This document shows positions 58,895-64,000 of a DNA stretch of 64,000 nucleotides, one piece after another (position 1 is the stretch's first letter; each line of letters starts with the position of its first letter). A model generated the notes under the pieces. The model did not search any database. It was not told the origin of the DNA and saw only the letters and a program-made list of their open reading frames with translations. The position numbers and the translations under genes are program-made. Source of the DNA: Candidatus Micrarchaeia archaeon. Its GTDB lineage: Archaea; Micrarchaeota; Micrarchaeia; CABMEP01. The stretch is from NCBI GenBank assembly GCA_038886535.1, contig JAVZXS010000002.1, forward strand, positions 160,001 to 224,000. The letters are read 5' to 3'.

Positions 58895-59893
58895 CTATTG
58901 CCATTTTATTAAAAATTCATCGGTTCTAAACTTAGGCTTTGGAAGTATTTTGTTGGGAGAGAGAAGATATTTTCTTTGTTTTTTTTCATCCAATTTTGAT
59001 ATTAGATATCCCACATATGCAATCATTCCACCATTATCTGCATTGAATTCATTTGGTGCTACTCCGAATTTACAGTTCCATTCTTTCGCCATATCTGAGA
59101 GCATTTTTTGCAATCTTTTATTTTGCGCAACTCCCCCGCAGATTGTTATTTCTTTTTTTTCAGTCAATGCAAGGGCTCTTTCTGTTATTTCACATAATGC
59201 TGCATATGATGTTTCTTGCAATGAATAACATATGTCTTCTATTTTCTCCTTTCCTATTAATTTTTCTGAATGTGTCAATATCCCGCTGAAAGAAGCATCC
59301 ATTCCCTTTACAGAATATGGCATCATTATGTACTTCTTTCCATTCAGGGCTTTTTCTTCCACATCTTTTGCATTTTTTAATCCCGCAGATCTTGCAAATG
59401 TATCTAGCATGTTTCCAATTCCAACATCAAGAGTTTCTCCGAGAATATGATATCTATTTTCCTTCTTAATAAGTATCTGTGTATTTCCGCCGCTTACATA
59501 AAGAACAAGGGGATCTTTAAATCCAGTGAAATACTTAGAGATTTCTATATGTGCAACACAGTGGTTAACACCTACAACTGGTTTATTAAATGAAATCGCA
59601 AGTGTTCTTGCTGCTATTGAGGATATTCTTAGACAAGGCCCGATTCCAGGTCCTTGAGAAAATGCTATTAAATCAACATCTTTTAATTTAATTCCAGCTT
59701 TTTTAAGAGCTGCTTCCATTACTTCTTGGAATGCATCTGCATGATGGTCTGCTGTCTTTCTTGGATGGATTCCATACTCAAAAAGCATACTTTTTTCGTT
59801 TGCAATTATTCTTCCATTTTTTACTATACCTATTCCTAGTGTATGCGCAGTGCTTTCAATTCCTAGTACTATTTTTGTTGTATTCGGTTTCAT
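58895..59893 (-). CDS. kae1: KEOPS t6A transferase Kae1
   Basis: LGIESTAHT, SQGPG, VNHCVAHIE, YVSGGNTQ, GGVAQN, DNGGMIA. Confidence 0.96.
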   Translation of the reverse strand: MKPNTTKIVLGIESTAHTLGIGIVKNGRIIANEKSMLFEYGIHPRKTADHHADAFQEVMEAALKKAGIKLKDVDLIAFSQGPGIGPCLRISSIAARTLAISFNKPVVGVNHCVAHIEISKYFTGFKDPLVLYVSGGNTQILIKKENRYHILGETLDVGIGNMLDTFARSAGLKNAKDVEEKALNGKKYIMMPYSVKGMDASFSGILTHSEKLIGKEKIEDICYSLQETSYAALCEITERALALTEKKEITICGGVAQNKRLQKMLSDMAKEWNCKFGVAPNEFNADNGGMIAYVGYLISKLDEKKQRKYLLSPNKILPKPKFRTDEFLIKWQ

Positions 59894-59954
59894 GTCTATC
59901 TATTCATCTTTAATCCGAGCAATTTAAAATTGTTTTCTGATTTATTTATATTAG

Positions 59955-60019
59955 ATGATGACAATGGATGAATCTGAGTCCTAGCTTGCTGGGGCAGTGA
60001 CGAATGATTGGCGGTCTGA
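59955..60019 (+). ncRNA. C/D box guide sRNA
   Basis: Box C ATGATGA 59955-61; 12-nt guide; D' CTGA 59974-77; GC hairpin; C' GTGACGA 59997-60003; 12-nt guide; D CTGA 60016-19. Confidence 0.88.
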
Positions 60020-60079
60020 TAAATTAAATCAATTTAGATATTATTATATCTTTAAATTTCTTTTTGTCAATATAACTTC

Positions 60080-61660
60080 ATGCTATTCGAATTGATATTT
60101 ATTCTTGCAGGAGTTGCAATATTCATTTATAGTATTGAGCAGCTTAGTGATCAGCTCCTGCGAGTTTCAAAAGAAAGACTTAAAGAAATACTTCAAAGAT
60201 TTACAGACAAACCTCTAAAGGCATTAGGGACAGGTTTGATAGTAACTGCAGTTATTCAATCAAGCACTGCAACTACTTCTATCTTAGTTTCTCTCGTCAA
60301 TGCAGGTTTGATATCTTTTGAGCAGAGTCTTGGTGTTATAGCAGGTGCACATATAGGAACAACAGTTACAGCACAACTTGTTGCGTTTAGGTTTATGTGG
60401 TTTGCGCCTATTTTTATATTATTGGGATTCCTATTAAGTTTGTTCCAGAGATACAACTTGCTAGGAAAGTCAATCTTCCTTTTTGGTCTTGTGTTTTTTG
60501 CACTCTCTATAATCTCAGAAGCAACAACGCCATTTAAAGAGAGCCAAGAATTAAAGGACTTGCTTGTTTCTTTAGACAATCCATTATATTCTATTATTGC
60601 AGGCATTGTTTTAACCCTAATACTTCAATCCAGCTCAATAGTCACTGCACTTGCAGTTCTGCTTACAATGGAAGGTTTAATTCCTGTATCTATTTCAATT
60701 CCATTGGTGTTGGGAAGTAACATAGGAACAACATCTACAGTTTTATTTGTTTCAAAGAATATGGACATATATGCAAAGAGGACTGCATATGCACACTTTC
60801 TTTTCAGCACTGTAGGTGTCATTCTTATATATCCATTTCTTACTGACTTCACTTCTTTTGTAAATTCTATAAGTTTGAATGAAGGTTCAGCGGTTGCAAA
60901 TGCACATACAATATTCAATGTAATAATGGCTGCCGTTTTCTTAATTTCATTACCTGTTTTCATAAAATTAATAGAGAAATTAACTCCAACTACCGAAAAG
61001 CAGATTCTTTTCATGCCTAAGCATATAAAAAGAATACCAAGAGATACGGATCTCGCAATAGAAAAGATAAAGTTGGAACTTGTCAATCATTTGCAAATCT
61101 CTAAAGAGATGTTTACGATAGCAACAGATATGATAGCAAATAAGGACATCTCAAAATTGCAAACAATAGAGAAGTATGAATCTTTAAGCGATTATTTGGA
61201 TTCTAAGATAACCAATGCGCTTGTTGAGCTCTCTCAAAGAAATCTTACAGAAAAGCAATCTTCGCAGATCGTTCTTCTTTCAAAAATCTCAAATGAAATT
61301 GAAAGATTGGCAGACGCTGCGCATGATTATGCGTATATCACGCAAAAACTAAATGAAAACAATTTAGAGTTTTCAAAAGACTCTATCAGGGACATATTAA
61401 AAATAAAGTTCGCTCTGGATGAAATTTATGATTTTGTTGAATTCAATTTCAATTCGATTAATTCTTCAAAACTATCAAAGATAATCAAGATGAGAAAAAA
61501 TGTAGATAAGCTTATATCCTCTTCGCATAGATTAAGAATTAAACTGCTTTCAGATGAAAAGATCGGTACGTACTCCACTGTTTTATTTATTGATGCAATT
61601 TCTTTTTTTGAGGAAGCAGTTTCAGTTTTGGTAAGAATATCAAAGAATCTAAAAACGTAA
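60080..61660 (+). CDS. Na+/Pi cotransporter (PNaS) with PhoU-like C-terminus
   Basis: Two QSS repeats, GAHIGTT and GSNIGTT, IERLAD. Confidence 0.92.
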   Translation: MLFELIFILAGVAIFIYSIEQLSDQLLRVSKERLKEILQRFTDKPLKALGTGLIVTAVIQSSTATTSILVSLVNAGLISFEQSLGVIAGAHIGTTVTAQLVAFRFMWFAPIFILLGFLLSLFQRYNLLGKSIFLFGLVFFALSIISEATTPFKESQELKDLLVSLDNPLYSIIAGIVLTLILQSSSIVTALAVLLTMEGLIPVSISIPLVLGSNIGTTSTVLFVSKNMDIYAKRTAYAHFLFSTVGVILIYPFLTDFTSFVNSISLNEGSAVANAHTIFNVIMAAVFLISLPVFIKLIEKLTPTTEKQILFMPKHIKRIPRDTDLAIEKIKLELVNHLQISKEMFTIATDMIANKDISKLQTIEKYESLSDYLDSKITNALVELSQRNLTEKQSSQIVLLSKISNEIERLADAAHDYAYITQKLNENNLEFSKDSIRDILKIKFALDEIYDFVEFNFNSINSSKLSKIIKMRKNVDKLISSSHRLRIKLLSDEKIGTYSTVLFIDAISFFEEAVSVLVRISKNLKT

Positions 61661-61707
61661 TATTATAAGATAATATTTTCAAGTATTTTATGGTTGTTTA
61701 ATGAAGA

Positions 61708-62298
61708 TTAGTAATCGACCCCCCATCTTGCAAGAATTCCTTTGTCAAATGGGTGCTTTATTTTTTTAACTTCGCTAACTAAATCAGCGATTTCTATTAT
61801 TTTTTGAGGGGGCTTAAAGCCAGTTAGAATAACCTCTGTATGCTTATTTTTTTTCTTTAAAATATCAACTATTTCATCGTATCTGAAATGCCCAAAGGCA
61901 GCTGCAGTATTTATCTCGTCTAAAATAACTAAATCATATTTTCCTGAAGAAAGAAGTTTTTCGCTTAGTTTCAATCCTTTCTTAGAATTTTCAATTATGT
62001 GTTCATCATATTCAAAATAAATCTTAGTAATTTTTGCTTTTCCATCTCTTACAAGTTTATCATATTCTTTTCCAGCAGAAGGTCCCAATTCGAATATTTT
62101 TATCTTGTGTTTTTTAAGATAATTAAATTCTCCACTTATTCCTCCATCTTTAAGGAATTGAACTACTGCAACTTTTAATCCATGCCCAGCTGCCCTGATT
62201 GCAGTTCCAATCGCTGCGCTTGTTTTTCCCCTTCCATTTCCATAAAATACCTGGATCAATCCAATTTCTAATCTTTTCTTTTTATTACTTTTTCCCAT
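61708..62298 (-). CDS. btuR: Cob(I)alamin adenosyltransferase (CobA/BtuR family)
   Basis: GNGRGKTSAA.G, VQFLK, ILDEI, ILTG, ADLVSE, KHPF. Confidence 0.92.
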   Translation of the reverse strand: MGKSNKKKRLEIGLIQVFYGNGRGKTSAAIGTAIRAAGHGLKVAVVQFLKDGGISGEFNYLKKHKIKIFELGPSAGKEYDKLVRDGKAKITKIYFEYDEHIIENSKKGLKLSEKLLSSGKYDLVILDEINTAAAFGHFRYDEIVDILKKKNKHTEVILTGFKPPQKIIEIADLVSEVKKIKHPFDKGILARWGVDY

Positions 62299-62362
62299 GC
62301 TTTAATTATAGTGTGTTCATTTTAAATCTTTTATGGATTAAGGCTATTGAAACGATAAAAGA

Positions 62363-62387
62363 TTTAAAAACTTAACAGTGTAAAGTT
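62363..62387 (+). promoter_or_regulatory. TATA box (TTTAAAAA) overlapped by imperfect palindrome AACTTAAC-AGT-GTAAAGTT
   Basis: TATA 22-29 nt upstream of ATG 62392 (leaderless spacing); 7 of 8 arm positions complementary. Confidence 0.6.
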
Positions 62388-62391
62388 ATTT

Positions 62392-62742
62392 ATGATACCT
62401 TGCGAATTCATGGTTACTGAACTTCTCCCAACAATAAGAAAGGAAACTGTGAAGTTCCTTATTTCAAAAAATTACTCTCAAAGAGAGGTTTCAAAAATGA
62501 TAGGAATTTCAGAAGCTGCAGTTTCATTATATTTGAAAAAGAAAAGAGGATTGCATAAGAAGGAATTAGAAAAAATTATTACAGATTACATTCAAAAAAA
62601 CTATGATTTAAATAGGACATTCAGCGAGAATGTTTGTAAACTTTGCAACGATTTCAGAAAATCTGGTTATTTCTGTAAGAGCCATAGAATAATATCGGAA
62701 ATACCTAAAGTAGAGTGCGAAGGTTGTTTGATAAAATCATAA
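62392..62742 (+). CDS. HTH transcriptional regulator with Cys-rich C-terminus (COG2522-like)
   Basis: PCE..LPTIR, SQREVS..GISEAAVSLY..KRG, CKLC..C..H..CEGC. Confidence 0.82.
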   Translation: MIPCEFMVTELLPTIRKETVKFLISKNYSQREVSKMIGISEAAVSLYLKKKRGLHKKELEKIITDYIQKNYDLNRTFSENVCKLCNDFRKSGYFCKSHRIISEIPKVECEGCLIKS

Positions 62743-62757
62743 AGAAGGTGAGATTAA

Positions 62758-63930
62758 ATGAAGAGAATATATCTTGACTATGCAGCCACTACTCCAGTAA
62801 GAGATGAAGTTATTCAGGAGATGTTGCCGTATTTTAATAAGAATTTTGGTAATGCTTCTTCTCTTCATACAGATGGAAGAATTGCTGCAGACGCATTAAA
62901 AAGAGCAAGAGAGAAAATAGCAAATATAATAAACGCTTCACCAGAAGAAATAATATTTACTTCAGGGGGAACAGAATCTGATAATCTTGCAATAAAGGGA
63001 ATTGCCTATGCAAACCAAGACAAAGGAAATCACATAATAACCTCTTCAATTGAACATCATGCTGTACTAAACACGGTAAAGGAGTTAGAAAAGGAAGGCT
63101 TTAAAGTTACTTTTCTTCCTGTTAATAAATTCGGTGAAGTAAATCCTAAAGATGTTGAAAATGCGATAACTGATAAGACAATATTAATTTCTATTATGCA
63201 CGCAAATAATGAAATAGGAACAATACAGCCAGTAGAAAAGATAGGTAAGGTAGCAAGAAAGTATAATATCCCTTTTCATGTAGATGCAGTTCAGAGTTTT
63301 TGTCACATTCCCATTGATGTAAAGAAAATGAATATCTCTCTTTTATCAGTTTCATCACATAAAATAGGCGGTCCGAAAGGAGTAGGGGCACTGTATGTAA
63401 GAAAAGATTTGAAATTGAAACCTCTACTCACTGGTGGGCCGCATGAATTCAATAAAAGAGCAGGAACAGAAAATATCCCAGGAATAGTTGGTTTTGCAAA
63501 AGCAGCTGAAATCTCATCAAATGAAATGGAAAAGGAAAGTAAAAGATTGTCAAGACTTAGAGACAAACTAATCAAATCAATTCTTTCAGAAGTTCCAGGA
63601 TCAAGATTAAATGGACATCCTAAGAATAGACTTCCAAACAATGTTAATTTTGGTTTTGTTGGAGTAGAAGGAGAGGCATTACTTCTCATGCTTGATTCTT
63701 TAGGAATTTCAGCTTCAACAGGGTCTGCATGTTCTTCGCATGATCTTTCTCCTTCTCATGTGTTGCTTGCATTGGATCCCGATCCAGTTAAGGCACACGG
63801 TTCTCTCAGATTAACATTAGGATACAAAACAAAGGAAGAAGAAATAGACAAAGTAATAAAGGTAATTCCTAAGATTGTTAATCAGATAAGAAAGATTACA
63901 CCAAGAATAGAGGGGGTAACTACTTATTGA
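62758..63930 (+). CDS. iscS: Cysteine desulfurase IscS/NifS (canonical)
   Basis: YLDYAATTP, TSGGTESDN, HVDAVQ, SSHKIGGPKG (PLP Lys), STGSACSS (catalytic Cys). Confidence 0.96.
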   Translation: MKRIYLDYAATTPVRDEVIQEMLPYFNKNFGNASSLHTDGRIAADALKRAREKIANIINASPEEIIFTSGGTESDNLAIKGIAYANQDKGNHIITSSIEHHAVLNTVKELEKEGFKVTFLPVNKFGEVNPKDVENAITDKTILISIMHANNEIGTIQPVEKIGKVARKYNIPFHVDAVQSFCHIPIDVKKMNISLLSVSSHKIGGPKGVGALYVRKDLKLKPLLTGGPHEFNKRAGTENIPGIVGFAKAAEISSNEMEKESKRLSRLRDKLIKSILSEVPGSRLNGHPKNRLPNNVNFGFVGVEGEALLLMLDSLGISASTGSACSSHDLSPSHVLLALDPDPVKAHGSLRLTLGYKTKEEEIDKVIKVIPKIVNQIRKITPRIEGVTTY

Positions 63931-63947
63931 TATAAAATGGTGATTAT

Positions 63948-64000
63948 ATGGTAAAGAATAAGAGTACAAAAAAGAGCAAAAGAGTTGAGAAGATCAAAAG
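63948..64000 (+). CDS. Start of next gene, truncated by window end
   Basis: GGTGA SD then ATG; MVKNKSTKKSKRVEKIK; identity not determinable. Confidence 0.5.
   Translation, partial: MVKNKSTKKSKRVEKIK

Noticed and set aside
1..64000. Many 60-160 aa ORFs antisense to or nested in long genes (e.g. 2641-3123, 16378-16905, 23758-24207, 25532-26023, 60625-61086)
   Set aside because: Shadow frames of well-supported genes; no motifs or SD support

Overview
A gene-dense, AT-rich segment of an archaeal chromosome. Evidence: Rpo1N/1C/2N/2C/5/7/11, eL30, eL41, aEF2, Csl4, KEOPS, CarS, GGTG(A) Shine-Dalgarno motifs, oligo-T terminators and BHB-type tRNA introns. The compact, divergent gene set suggests a DPANN lineage, plausibly Micrarchaeota; this is inference, no phylogeny was run. 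Contents in order: type IV pilus locus (ATPase, two TadC, six class III signal-peptide proteins) interrupted by a transglutaminase-like gene, tRNA-Gln, carS and sppA; ppdK; the rpo5-rpo2N-rpo2C-rpo1N-rpo1C-eL30-nusA-uS12-uS7-aEF2 cluster; Roadblock plus KaiC-like pair; lonB; short NFACT; spt4/rpo7; P-type ATPase homologue; DUF373; csl4-rpo11-DUF99; intron-containing tRNA-Ala; two tandem FtsZ2-type genes; sua5; SelB/EF-Tu-like protein; a two-component system; intron-containing tRNA-His; tyrS; eL41; ThiF, EndoIV, IscS-like and class II RNR; bud32-DAC-kae1; a C/D box sRNA; Na/Pi transporter; cob(I)alamin adenosyltransferase; HTH-iscS. No CRISPR array, transposase, integrase or intein was seen. 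The most unusual signals are: (1) a shared 31-nt covarying hairpin unit inside the introns of two different tRNAs; (2) a uS12 with two near-invariant decoding-site residues changed, plus an unannotated C/D sRNA whose guide points at 16S C1402 but does not match the canonical 1404 base; (3) intact but catalytically degenerate enzymes (a P-type ATPase without the phosphorylated Asp, an IscS paralogue without the PLP lysine); (4) a diadenylate cyclase embedded between kae1 and bud32; (5) two small genes missed by the ORF track. All family calls come from motif recognition by eye, not from database searches.
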